Shown here: positions 1 to 10,200 of the stretch, one piece after another
Layout of the letters: each line of letters starts with the position of its first letter
How positions within the stretch are numbered: position 1 is the first letter of the stretch
NCBI GenBank assembly: GCA_963707505.1
Contig: CAVPQB010000006.1
Coordinates: 480,001-544,000, forward strand
Reading direction: 5' to 3'
DNA length: 64,000 nt
From: an uncultured Gemmatimonadales bacterium
GTDB lineage: Bacteria > Gemmatimonadota > Gemmatimonadetes > Gemmatimonadales > Gemmatimonadaceae
Made by a program: the position numbers and the translations under genes
Notes under the pieces: generated by a model
Told to the model about the DNA's origin: nothing
Databases searched by the model: none
What the model saw: the letters and a program-made list of their open reading frames with translations, nothing else

Positions 1-520
1 CGCGGCGATCTGTTTCCGCCGGCGACGTACAACATCATGTTCTACGACAAGACGGCGCAGGTTCTCGCCGCCTTGCGTGGCATGTTGGGTGAGCCGACTT
101 TCCATCACGCATTTCGCGAATACGGCAAACACTGGGTCGGCAGGCATCCGTATCCAAACGACTTCTTCAATGCGATGGATGCAGGCGCCAAACAGGACCT
201 CAGCTGGTTCTGGAATACGTGGTTCTACAATGCATGGCCGCTGGATCAGGCAATCACGAGTGTCACCCCCGATGCAAACGGCGTCGCGATAACGATCGAG
301 GATCACGGTCTCGCGCCGATGCCCGTGAAGCTGGCCGTAACACGTGCCGACAAGACAGTCCAGCGAATTGACATCCCGGTGGATGTCTGGCTAAAGGGCG
401 CACGGAGTTACGTTGCGCACGTCGCAGCGGCACCAGAAGTCGTACGCGTCGAGATAGATCCGGATGGATTATTTCCGGATATCAACCGCAAGAACCAGCT
501 GTGGGTCAAACCCGCTGTAC
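1..520 (+). CDS. M1-family aminopeptidase, C-terminal part (begins before window)
   Basis: YDKTAQVLAALRGMLGEPTFHHAFREY...HPYPNDFF...DLSWFWNTW...EIDPDGLFPDINRKN is a typical M1 peptidase C-terminal region. The ORF track runs on to 942 antisense to the next gene, so the true stop near 510-530 is probably lost to an indel. Confidence 0.8.
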
Positions 521-587
521 GACGACGATCGGCGATTCATCGGTGTCGCGCACGTGATCCCCGCATCAGGGTGGGGGGCCGGCCGCC

Positions 588-3500
588 CTACGGCTCGTTC
601 GGCACCAACGGCTTCACTCTCTTGCCCCACATGGCCGGCGGCGGCTCGTGCGTGGCACGCTCCACCGGATGCGCAGCCAGCTTCCTGCATCGCGCTCGGC
701 GACGGCGCGCTCGAGTTGCGCGTCGTGTCCCGCCGCGATGTCCTTCGGCCAATCTTCGACTTCGATGTTCGGCGAGATGCCTTCGTTCTCCACGGCCCAC
801 GATTGTTCCGTCCATCGCGAAGAATCCGCCGCGCGGCGCGTACATGATGCCACCGTCGACAAAGAGCGGCGTGTCCCAGATGCCCACCAATCCGCCCCAC
901 GTGCGCTTGCCTACGAGCTGGTCCGACGCTTGCGCAGCTTGAACATGTACGGCATGAGGTCGCCGCCCGATCCCGACATCTCGTTGATGATCATCACCTT
1001 CGGTCCCCAGATGCCGGCGGCCGGACTGGTGAACGGATATCCGCTCGCCGACGGGATTGTTGAAGTACCCGTCGAACGTGCGCTGCAACACATCGATGAT
1101 GTAGTCCGCCGCCGAGCCGCCGCCGTTGTATCGCTCGTCGATGATCGCGCCCTTCCGATCCTGCTGCGCGAAGTAGTAGCGGTTGAAGCTCGTGTACCCG
1201 CCCTCGCCTGTGTTAGGCAAGTGCACGTACGCCAGCTGTCCGTGCGACAACGAATCGACGATGTGGCGGTTGCGCTCGACCCACGCACGAGCGCGCAGGC
1301 CGGCATCGTTCGGCTATCGGAATCACCGTCACCCGACGCGCGCCCTCCATCGTCGGACGCGCGTTGACCGTGATCACCGTCTGATGGTTCGCCGTGCCGT
1401 CGAACAACCGATAGATGCTTGTCCGGCGCGCGAGCGTCGCTGTCCGTTTACGGCGAGTAGATAGTCGCCCGCGTGCACCTGCACGCCGGGCGCCGTGAGC
1501 GGCGCGTGCAGATCCGGATTCCAGCTGTCGGTGCCGTAGATCTTCGTGATCTTGTACTGGCCGTTGTCGACCTCGAAGTCAGCGCCTAACAGACCGACTG
1601 GCGACGCGGTACGCGCCGGCATGTCGCCGCCACGCACGAACGAGTGGCCGATCGCGATCTCCGAGCCCATCATGTCGAGCAGATAGTTCAGGTCGGCGCG
1701 ATGCATGACGTACGGCAGCAGCTGTCCGTACATCTCCTTCGTCCCGCACCCAGTCGGTGCCCTGCAGATTCTTCACGTAGATGTAGTCGCGCTGGTTGCG
1801 CCATCCCTCGTCGAAGATCTGCTTGAACTCGGCTGTCGGATCGACCAGCATGCGCAGTTGCGCATTGAGCTTGCCGTGGCCCGCCGTCGGCGGGTCCTTC
1901 GTCGTGGCGTCGACGAGATAGAGCGCGCCCTCCGGTCCCGGCGATTGGTACAACAGCTTCTTGCCGTCGGCACTCACAAGATACCGGCACGTTCTGCACG
2001 AACTCGATCGCCTTGCGCTCCTTGAGATCGTACCGATGCAGCCGGCCGCCGCGAAGCGGGACTCAGTGGTACCGGTTTCGGGAATGTTCTCCATGAAGAA
2101 CACCGTGCCCGGAACGCCGCTCTGCAACCGCCATAGTCGCGCTCTGCAATCTCCGACACCGGCACGATACGCTGTTGACAATCCGTCGAAATCGATCTCG
2201 ACGTGCCGACGCGGCGCCAGCATCGCCTTGAGCGAATCGGCGGGAATGCGATGCGCTGTGCTCGTGTCGCGGTACTGTCGCTGCGCGCCGTACGCTGTTG
2301 CCGTTGACGCGGCGTCGGTGGCACACCCGGCGTCTGCTCCTGCGGGCACTCCCGCGTCCTCATCGCTCTCCGGCAACAATGGCGATGGATCGTTCTTGGA
2401 CAACACGGCCAAGTAGAGCGCCTTGGTCTCCGTGTGTCCGTAGCTCGACATGTCCAACCAGCCGGAGCCGAGTGCGAGGTCGGTGGACGCGAAGAACCAG
2501 AGATACTTGCCGCTCGCGTCCCACGCCGGCGCACGTCGCGTCGGCCAGGCCATCGGTGATCTGGTGAGTCTGCCCCGTGGTCATGTCGTACACGAAGATC
2601 GCGCGATAGAGCGACTTGAGACGCCTAACGTACGCGATCCATCGCGAATCCGGACTCCACGTCGGATTGAGCGAGCGCTCGGGCACCATGAATTCGTCGC
2701 CACCGATGTCCGTGGCCTTTCCGGTTGCGACGTCCACCACCCACAGGCGGAGATTCGTGTCCTGGAACACGATGTGCTTTCCGTCGGGCGACCAGCACGG
2801 CGTGTAGTAATGCGTCGGATGCTCGAGCGCGATCGTGCGCGCCGGCGCGCTGCCGTCGGCGGACGCGATGACTAACTGATACTCGCCGGATTTGTCGCTG
2901 AAGTACGATATCCACTTTGCCGTCCGGCGACCACGCCGGATCGCGCTCGGCAGAGCCGCTCGATTGCGTCAGATTGCGCACGTCGCCCTTTTCCGCCGGC
3001 ACCGTGAAGATTTCGCCGCGTGCTTCGATCGCCGCACGCTTGCCCGTAGGCGACAGCGCGATGTTCGCGATGTTGCGCGATGACTTCCTTCCATTGCGGC
3101 ATCATCCACGGAAAGTCGCCGACCGACGCTGATCTTCACGATGTGCTCGTGATCGGTCGCCGGGATCCAGCTCGTGAACGTAGCCGCCCTGCTCGAATAC
3201 GAGCGCATCAGCGTCCGACGTCGAGCGTCTTTACGTCGAAGTCGGAAAAGTTCGTGACCTGTTTGACCTGCTTCGACTCCATGTCGTACGACCAGACGTT
3301 CGACACACCATCGCGGTCGGACAGGAAGTACACCGTTGGTTGCCGTACCACACCGGATACATCTCCTTTGAGTTCGGCCGGGGTATGGTGTCGACGTCCA
3401 GCGTCTTGCTATCGAGATCCAGATCGGACGATTCTGGCCACCACGATAGTTGCGTCGCTCTTCGTCCCACGAGTTGTTCATCCGGTAGGCGATGTGCGCG

Positions 3501-3989
3501 CCGTCGGGCGAGATCTTTCCCTGATACGCGCGATACATCGGCATCGCCGACCGACGGGCCGCCCTCGACCGGCACGGTGAACCATCTGGGCTCGGGCGAC
3601 GGAAGATTGGACGATCGCGTCGACGAGAACACGATCGACTTGCCGTCCGGCGTCCATCCCTGGACCAGGTCCGGCGCCGGGTGCCAGGTCAGCCGTCGCG
3701 GCTCGCCGCCCGCGGCGGGCATGACGTACACGTCGGTATTGCCTGCGTACTCCGCGCTGAACGCGATGAACCGCCCGTCTGGCGAGAAGTGCGGCGACGA
3801 CGTCTGTCCCTGAAAGCTCGTCAGCCGCTGCGCAGAGCCGCCCGCGCGCGATACGACCCAGATGTCGTTCGCATATGCGAAGGCTATCTGCGTTGCACTG
3901 ACAGTTGGCGAACGGAGCATACGCGTCTGAGCCGGTGCGATTGCCGGAATGAACCAGACGATGGACGCGAGACAGATGGCGCGACGCAT
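588..3989 (-). CDS. Tricorn-like S41 protease (PD40 propellers, PDZ, S41 domain), several frameshifts
   Basis: Signal peptide MRRAICLASIVW, then MLRSPTVSATQIAFAYANDIW, RNYRGGQNRPIW, IIDERYNGGGSAADY, INEMSGSGGD and GKRTWGGLVG, spread collinearly over successive frames. Confidence 0.9.
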
Positions 3990-4135
3990 GGTGGCGGGAG
4001 TGGGAGTTGGCGTGTCGGCGATCACGAACAGCTGCAGGGATCAGCTGCGAAAATGCACACGCCTTACGCCTGCCGCTAGAGCAGGAATGCCGAGCGGCTG
4101 TGGGAGCGCCGTCAGCGGCTCGGCATTCCGGGCGG

Positions 4136-4951
4136 CTACATGGAGATGTTCGTGTTTGTCGTGTATCGATATCCCGATGGTATCTCGAACAACGCCGCCG
4201 GCTGCGCGCCGAGCTTGACACTTGTTATCGCCATCGAGCGGGTGTTGGTGTGTTGGATTCCTTTCTCATTGACCGTGCTTTCCTTCATCTCGGTCCGCAA
4301 TGGCGTCCCTGCGAGTGCCTGGGAGCGCACGCTGGTCTCCTTGTCGACAAAGTCAGCGTCGGTTTGCGCCTCCGCTGTAGCGGCGTGCTCGAGTAGCGCC
4401 ATGATCGGGTTGTTTCCAAGATCGAGTCCGGGGCTGACCCAGTAGTCGGTGATGACTGTATGGCGTTCGGTTCCCCCATCGAAGCCCATCGCCACGATGT
4501 GCACATCGAACTGTTCCGTAATCCGGATCTGCTCCGTTCCGTAGCCGAGTAGTTTCTGTCCCGTTGCGACACGCCCGAACGAGATCTTCGCGTTCTGAAC
4601 CTTGAACTTGACGATGGGCGACACCGCCTTCAGCGACGTCCCGATGATGCGCTCGAAACTCGGTGAGCTGATCTGACTCACTTCCTTGCGATCGGGATGC
4701 ACTGACAGCATTCGCTTCCCGCCGTCGGTGAGAATTATGTAGTCGCGCGAGTCGTTCTTATCCATGTCGATGCGGGTGCGATCGCCGTGCACACGGACGG
4801 TTCCATTACTCTCGGAGCCGGACTCCTCCCTTGTGGTGAACGTGTACATGTAGTCGCCCGCTGGCGGCGGTGTTGCCACGTCGCGGCATGAACGCGTCGC
4901 GCTGTTACCCGCCAGAGTCGCACCGATTAGCATCGCAATTGTACCGATCAT
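4136..4951 (-). CDS. Secreted DUF4412-like protein
   Basis: Signal peptide; KLLGYGTEQ motif; C-terminal PAALFEIPSGY typical of this family. Confidence 0.6.
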   Translation of the reverse strand: MIGTIAMLIGATLAGNSATRSCRDVATPPPAGDYMYTFTTREESGSESNGTVRVHGDRTRIDMDKNDSRDYIILTDGGKRMLSVHPDRKEVSQISSPSFERIIGTSLKAVSPIVKFKVQNAKISFGRVATGQKLLGYGTEQIRITEQFDVHIVAMGFDGGTERHTVITDYWVSPGLDLGNNPIMALLEHAATAEAQTDADFVDKETSVRSQALAGTPLRTEMKESTVNEKGIQHTNTRSMAITSVKLGAQPAALFEIPSGYRYTTNTNISM

Positions 4952-5032
4952 CTCTCCCCCATTGTTCTACACGAACCGCTCTACCAGATGGGTCACAGCA
5001 AATGGAGATACGGTTCGCGGAGCGGCTGGCGA

Positions 5033-5048
5033 GGGCATGGTCCATGCA
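5033..5048 (+). promoter_or_regulatory. Possible sigma54 (-24/-12) promoter
   Basis: GGCATGGTCCATGCA has GG-N10-GC spacing, about 35 nt upstream of the small ORF at 5084. Confidence 0.3.
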
Positions 5049-5083
5049 CCCTCCGTACGTGCCCATTCTGTCCCGGAGGAGAT

Positions 5084-5263
5084 ATGGACAAGCGCGAAAA
5101 AACAGATTCGAACGATCGTTCTAAGGCCGATTCGACAGCCAGGACGCAGAAGCCGGCGCGTCCCGATCCGCCCCGCACTACGAAGGGAAAGTGGACTGCA
5201 CCGAAATTCGGTTCCGCTGGCAGTGGCGGGGCAGAGCTGGAGCCCGGTCCGGAAAAAGATTGA
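5084..5263 (+). CDS. Small hydrophilic hypothetical protein (59 aa)
   Basis: Strong RBS GGAGGAG just before ATG; MDKREKTD...KWTAPKFGSAGSGGAELEPGPEKD. Confidence 0.6.
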   Translation: MDKREKTDSNDRSKADSTARTQKPARPDPPRTTKGKWTAPKFGSAGSGGAELEPGPEKD

Positions 5264-5371
5264 TCGTGTCGCTGAATGTGTAGTTGCATATTCTTCACGT
5301 AGCGGCGAAGTAAGTACTTCGCCGCTCAGGTCTCCCTGCAACACGATCCATCCGCGAAGGAGCGATCAGGA

Positions 5372-7167
5372 ATGGCCAGCGTGACAGCTACCAAGGCGAC
5401 ACACAATGCACCGCACCTGGCGGCGCCGGACATCAACCCGTCGTTCACCAAGGGCGTCTTCCTGGGCGAGATCCGCGAGGACCTGGTCTTTCCGTTCCCC
5501 GCGCTGTCGGCGGAGGAGAGCGAGTCGCTTCGCATGATCCTCGACTCCTTCCGCGCCTTTGCCGCGAGTAACATCGACTCGGCGAAGATCGACCACGACG
5601 GAAAGTTTCCCGACGACGTCCGACACGGATTGCACGAGCTCGGCCTGATGGGGCTCAACATTCCGGAGGCGTACGGCGGATTCGGCGCGTCGGCCAAGGT
5701 GTTCAACCGCGTCTTCGGCGAGATCGGCGGAACCGACCCGGCGCTTGCTGTCTACTTCGGTGCGCACCAGTCGATCGGGTGCAAGGGGATCACGCTCTTC
5801 GGCACCGAGGAGCAGAAGCAGCGCTGGCTGCCGCGCTGCGCGAGGGGCGAGATGGTCGCCGCGTTCTGTCTCACCGAGCCCGGCTCCGGCTCCGACGCGC
5901 AGGCGATGACGACGACCGCGATCCTCAGCGACGACGGCACGCACTACGTACTCGACGGCACGAAGATCTGGATCTCGAACGCCGGCTACGCCGGCCTGTT
6001 CACGGTCTTCGCCAAGGTGCCGGTGACGATCGACGGCAAGATGAAGCAGCGCGTCACGGCGTTCATCGTCGACGCGCACGCGCCTGGCATCACGCTCGGC
6101 CAGCCCGAGCAGAAGATGGGCATCAAGGCGTCCGACACGCGCACGGTGACGTTCGACAAGGTGCGCGTCCCCGTCGCAAACGTGCTCGGCGAGGTCGGAC
6201 AGGGATTCCAGATCGCGCTCGAGATCCTCAACTCCGGCCGGCTCGGCCTCGCTGCCGGGTCGTCGCGCGGCGCGCGCAGAATCATGACCGAAGCTGCGAG
6301 TACGCCAAGCAGCGCGAGCAGTTCGGCCGATCGATCGGCTCGTTCGAGATGATCCAGCACAAGATCGCGCTGAACGCGGCGGAGACCTACGCGGCCGACT
6401 CGGCGGGGATGCTCACGGCGGGGATGGTCGACCGCGGCGGCGATCGACTTCTCGCTCGAGACGGCGGCGTGCAAGATCTTCGCGAGCGAGCTCGCCTTCC
6501 GCGCGGCGAACGACGCGCTGCAGATCGCCGGCGGCATCGGCTACTCGAAGGAGTATCCGTACGAGCAGGCGGTGCGCGACTCGCGCATCAACCTGATCTT
6601 CGAGGGGACGAACGAGATCCTGCGCGCGCTCATCGCGCTGATGGGCTGCAGCAGCCGGGCGAGCGCCTCAAGGAGCTCGGCAAGGCGTTCAAGGATCCGC
6701 TCCACTCGATCGGCGCGATCGGCTCGTACGTCGCCGGCCGCGCGAAGCGCGAGGTGACGAAGCCGGCGTTCACGCGCGTGCATCCGGCGTTGTCCAAGGA
6801 GGCGGATCGCGTCGCGACGCTGATTCACACTCTCGCGCTCGCCGTCGAGAGCGCCGTGCTGAAGCACGGCAAGGAGATCGTCGACCGGCAGTTCCTTCAG
6901 CAGCGCATCGCCAACGCGGCGATCGACATCTACATGAGCGCCGCGGTGCTGTCGCGCACGACGTGGGAGATCGAGCGCGCCGGAGGCGTCGATGCTGTAA
7001 AACCGGAGATGGATTGTGCACGTCTTTTTCTGGCGGACCGTTATCGCCAGGTGCGCCGCTCGATCCGACGCATAGCGCGCAACCAGGACGATCGAATGAA
7101 AGCCGTCGCCGAGCGCGTGCTGGAGACCTCCGAGGCAGCGCCGCTATCGCCGTCGGATCGTGTGTAG
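5372..7167 (+). CDS. Acyl-CoA dehydrogenase (ACAD9/VLCAD-like), frameshifted
   Basis: [45 protein letters not shown]. Frame changes near 6295, 6440 and 6650. Confidence 0.92.
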
Positions 7168-7213
7168 GGTGGGACGAGTATGCGAGCGCGACCCAGTGCC
7201 TACAATTCCGGAG

Positions 7214-7504
7214 CTACCCGACCTTTCTCACCCCGAATCTGATTTCCATCTGCGGTCTGGGCTCTGCTCGTTCAGGTTCGTCGAGCTCGGTGGACTCATC
7301 CACCAGGTGGCTCAGCTTGTAGAAGAGGTGGAGTGCCTGGATCGGGGCGATGTGGCTGGTTGGGCCGGCCTTGGCGATTACGGTCGCTTCTTCGCGGACG
7401 ACGCGTGGAAGCTGGCGAGCCTGCGGAAGAGCAAGCAGGCGATAGATCTCTATCGAGTGGCGGGCCAACAAAGCTGCGCAGAGGGCGTCAAGGAAGGCTA
7501 GCAC
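7214..7504 (-). CDS. Hypothetical protein
   Basis: 96-aa ORF filling the gap downstream of the LigD polymerase gene; plausible helical sequence. Confidence 0.5.
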   Translation of the reverse strand: MLAFLDALCAALLARHSIEIYRLLALPQARQLPRVVREEATVIAKAGPTSHIAPIQALHLFYKLSHLVDESTELDEPERAEPRPQMEIRFGVRKVG

Positions 7505-7573
7505 AAGTTCTCCGTCTGTCAGGTCTTAATGTACATATTGCAACTATTATCGGCAAAATGGAAGGGGAATTAA

Positions 7574-8539
7574 TCACAAAGTGGTAACAATTCGAGCAGG
7601 ATTTGGCTTCTTCATTGCCTGTCCCCAGAGGTCGCCGACCTCCTCGAGGCGGGCGGCCATGGTGCGAACGGTGAAGTCTCTTGGGTCCAGGGCGGGTGTC
7701 AGCTCGTCCCAGTCGATGGGCGCGGATACCGTTGCCTCTGGACGGGCCCGTACGCCATAGGCGGCCGCGACGGTCTTGCCTCGGGCGTTCTGGCCGAAGT
7801 CCACGTAGATCTTCGAACGGCCCCGCTCACTTATCGATCGCACGACTGTCGCGGACTGCGGATGGGCGCCGGCAACCGCTTCGGCAATCAGGCGGGGGAC
7901 TCGCTCCGCGACGGCGTCCGTGGAGTTGGCCGGAAGCGGGATGACGATGTGGAGTCCGGTCGCACCGGATGTCTTGATGCCCGCATGAAGGCCGAGATGA
8001 TCGAGCGCTTCCTTCACCCATAGCGCGACTTCGATGACACGCGCGAACGGAGATTTGGGACCGGGATCGAGATCTATGACGGTGAAGTCGGGGTTACCCA
8101 GCGATCCCACTCGCACGTTCCACGGATTGCACTCGAAGGCGCCGATCTGGGTGCAGTAGAGAGTGGTGCCAAGCGTGCCGCCGATGATGCGTTGCTGGAC
8201 TTCTCCAGCGGCCGACTTTATCGACTCCACGTGGACGACGTCGGGTGGATTGGGCGGAGCCTTTTGCTGGAAGAAGAATTTGCCAGTGACGCCGTCGGGA
8301 AAACGCTTGAGGGACAGAGGGCGATCAACCAGCACCGTGCGGAGATACGGCCACACGCTCGTGTAATAGCGCATGACTTCGCCCTTGGTGACCCTGGGCT
8401 TCGGAAAGAAGATCTTCGCAAGGCTCGACACCTTCAACGAACTGTCGCGCCCGAGTTGAATCACTCCGTCGCCGCTGCCGCTCTCGATGGCCTGAAGTTG
8501 CTCGGTGATTTTCCGGAGCGCTGCAGCGGACGGCGTCAT
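7574..8539 (-). CDS. ligD: LigD polymerase (primase-polymerase) domain, stand-alone
   Basis: RPLSLKRFPDGV..FFFQQK, IDLDPGP, KTSGATGLHI, YVDFGQN..GKTVAAAYGVR, ATVSAPIDWDE. Confidence 0.92.
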   Translation of the reverse strand: MTPSAAALRKITEQLQAIESGSGDGVIQLGRDSSLKVSSLAKIFFPKPRVTKGEVMRYYTSVWPYLRTVLVDRPLSLKRFPDGVTGKFFFQQKAPPNPPDVVHVESIKSAAGEVQQRIIGGTLGTTLYCTQIGAFECNPWNVRVGSLGNPDFTVIDLDPGPKSPFARVIEVALWVKEALDHLGLHAGIKTSGATGLHIVIPLPANSTDAVAERVPRLIAEAVAGAHPQSATVVRSISERGRSKIYVDFGQNARGKTVAAAYGVRARPEATVSAPIDWDELTPALDPRDFTVRTMAARLEEVGDLWGQAMKKPNPARIVTTL

Positions 8540-8549
8540 GCAGCTGCGA

Positions 8550-9397
8550 TCAGCGTGATGAATGCCAGACGCGCGTGCCGTCGGCTATCTCGTCCATGGT
8601 GCGGTTTGTCGTCACCGACTTCACGTACTTCGTGGTGAGTGCCGATTCGCTTTCGGGATGCGCGTCCTCGTCGCGATGCTTGATGAGGAGCCATGATGGC
8701 TTCGATGCGCTTCTGCCAAAACCGCGCGTACGAACGAGTGCGTAGGATCCCTTGATGCGTTTTCCGTGGAAGTTGATCTTGAGCTCGCCGTGCTCGTACT
8801 GATCGTGTGCAGCCGAGTTCATGTCATCTTCAAGTGGATTCTCGATCTCGTATGTGCCGTTGTCCCACAGCATCACCGTACCGCCGCCGTACTCACCAGA
8901 CGGGATCGTTCCCTCGAAGGTGTTGTACTCGACGGGGTGATCCTCGACCTGCATCGCGAGGCGCTTCACGCTGGGATCGGCGGATGGGCCTTTTGGTACG
9001 GCCCAACTCTTCATCACTCCATCGATCTCGAGTCGGAGGTCGTAATGGAGTTGAGTAGCGGCGTGCTTCTGAATCACGAACTGGAGTCTGTTCGCCGCTG
9101 CGGAGCGTGAGGACTTTCGCGCGCGCGAAGATGCGCGCGAAGATGCGCCCGAAGGCTCCGCCGTTTTCTCGAAGTCACGTTTGCGCTGGTATTCCGTCAG
9201 CTGCTCGGCGGCGCTCAGCGCTTTCTTCGGCGCAGTTTTGCTTGCGCGCTCTTGCTTGCGCTCTTGCTTGCGGTTTTGCTGGAACTTTTGCGCGCCGTCT
9301 TCGCCGCCGTTTTGCTTGCTGCGGTCGTGGTGCGCGTTACCGACTTTCTCGCCGGTCTTGACGTCGTCTTCTTCGCGGTCTTTTTGCGAGCAGCCAT
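8550..9397 (-). CDS. ligD: LigD 3'-phosphoesterase domain protein with K/A/S/T-rich N-terminal tail (one frameshift near 9240)
   Basis: LTEYQRKRDFEKTAEPSG is in frame with FVIQKHAATQLHYDLRLE..KSWAVPKGPS..EDHP..GEYGGGTVMLWD. The nearest ATG is at 9397, in a shifted frame. Confidence 0.88.
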
Positions 9398-9461
9398 GAT
9401 CAGCGTTGCAAGGTTTGCCAGCGGTGCATGAAACAGAAAAGATCGGACGACGCGATTCGCA

Positions 9462-9671
9462 TCATCCGATCTTCACGACGTCGGCAGCTTGCGGGCCTTT
9501 CTGACCCTGAACGATTTCGAACTCGACCTTGTCGCCTTCAGCGAGCGACTTGAAGCCGTCCGATTTTACCGCGCTGTAATGAACGAACACATCCGGGCCG
9601 CCTTCGCGTGATATGAAGCCGAAGCCCTTGGCGTCGTTGAACCACTTGACAGTTCCCTTGATCCGTTCCAT
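9462..9671 (-). CDS. cspA: Cold-shock protein
   Basis: [15 protein letters not shown] and DVFVHYSA (RNP1/RNP2); RBS GGAGG. Confidence 0.97.
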   Translation of the reverse strand: MERIKGTVKWFNDAKGFGFISREGGPDVFVHYSAVKSDGFKSLAEGDKVEFEIVQGQKGPQAADVVKIG

Positions 9672-9718
9672 GCCCGGGGTTTCCTCCGGAGTTTATCCGG
9701 GGCAAGTTTTGTGCACCA

Positions 9719-9931
9719 TCATGCTGCGCCAGCTATGTAACGCGCGATGCGCCCACATTTGACACAGCGCAGCGTCACGTGCGACTGCGGTGGTGGCGGC
9801 GTAATGTGTGGCTCGCGCTCGATGTTCGCAGCGCCGCAAGCGGGGCAGCTCAATGGATCGCCAGTGCGATCTCTGCTTACGAGTGCCAGGACCTGGGCGG
9901 GGTTGTAAGTATTCGGTCGGGGTTTGCGCAT
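9719..9931 (-). CDS. Small Zn-ribbon protein
   Basis: 70 aa with CPAC...CVKC. Confidence 0.65.
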   Translation of the reverse strand: MRKPRPNTYNPAQVLALVSRDRTGDPLSCPACGAANIEREPHITPPPPQSHVTLRCVKCGRIARYIAGAA

Positions 9932-9948
9932 ACTATCCTACGATATGC

Positions 9949-9962
9949 CGAACGATTGTTCG
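9949..9962. promoter_or_regulatory. GAAC-N4-GTTC palindrome (LexA/Cheo-box-like)
   Basis: CGAAC-GATT-GTTCG, ending 17 bp upstream of the Zn-ribbon start codon. Confidence 0.45.
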
Positions 9963-9985
9963 ACCTGGTTGGCTGTAGTGCTGGG

Positions 9986-10008
9986 GACGTGCCACGAGGC
10001 ACGTCTAC
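9986..10008 (-). repeat. GTAG-foot REP-like hairpin
   Basis: Minus strand reads GTAGACGTGCC-TCGT-GGCACGTC. Confidence 0.45.
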
Positions 10009-10089
10009 GTACCGCCAGCTCAGAATGGACGCACCGACGGATAACCTGAATAGTAGTAGCTCAAGTCCGCGGATGGTCCTCCGCCCGTC

Positions 10090-10117
10090 TTATACCTGAG
10101 GTGGAACTGAAGGTTCC
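10090..10117 (-). promoter_or_regulatory. Possible ECF-sigma promoter
   Basis: Minus strand reads GGAACC-N16-GTATAA, facing the Zn-ribbon/cspA/ligD genes. Confidence 0.35.
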
Positions 10118-10156
10118 CATCACTCGATTCGAGTTCGATTGCATCTAAATGGGCCA

Positions 10157-10180
10157 GGCGCGGATATATCCGCGCCCTAC
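10157..10180 (-). repeat. GTAG-foot REP-like palindrome downstream of the HD gene
   Basis: Minus strand reads GTAG + GGCGCGGATA/TATCCGCGCC, a perfect 20-bp palindrome. Confidence 0.55.
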
Positions 10181-10200
10181 GGGGGAATGACGGCGCCCGG

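Noticed and set aside
520..942. C-terminal extension of the 301-aa ORF 37..942
   Set aside because: It lies antisense to the tricorn C-terminus and is Arg-rich nonsense; likely read-through after a lost stop.
5109..5122. CGAAC-GATC-GTTCT, a second GAAC-N4-GTTC match
   Set aside because: It lies inside a probable coding region. It also shows such matches can arise by chance.
7164..7203. GTAGGGTGGG...CCTAC as a REP element
   Set aside because: Internal pairing is poor and it overlaps a stop codon.
9990..10145. 6S RNA or riboswitch
   Set aside because: I could not find the long closing stem or any conserved aptamer motifs by eye; a covariance-model search is needed.
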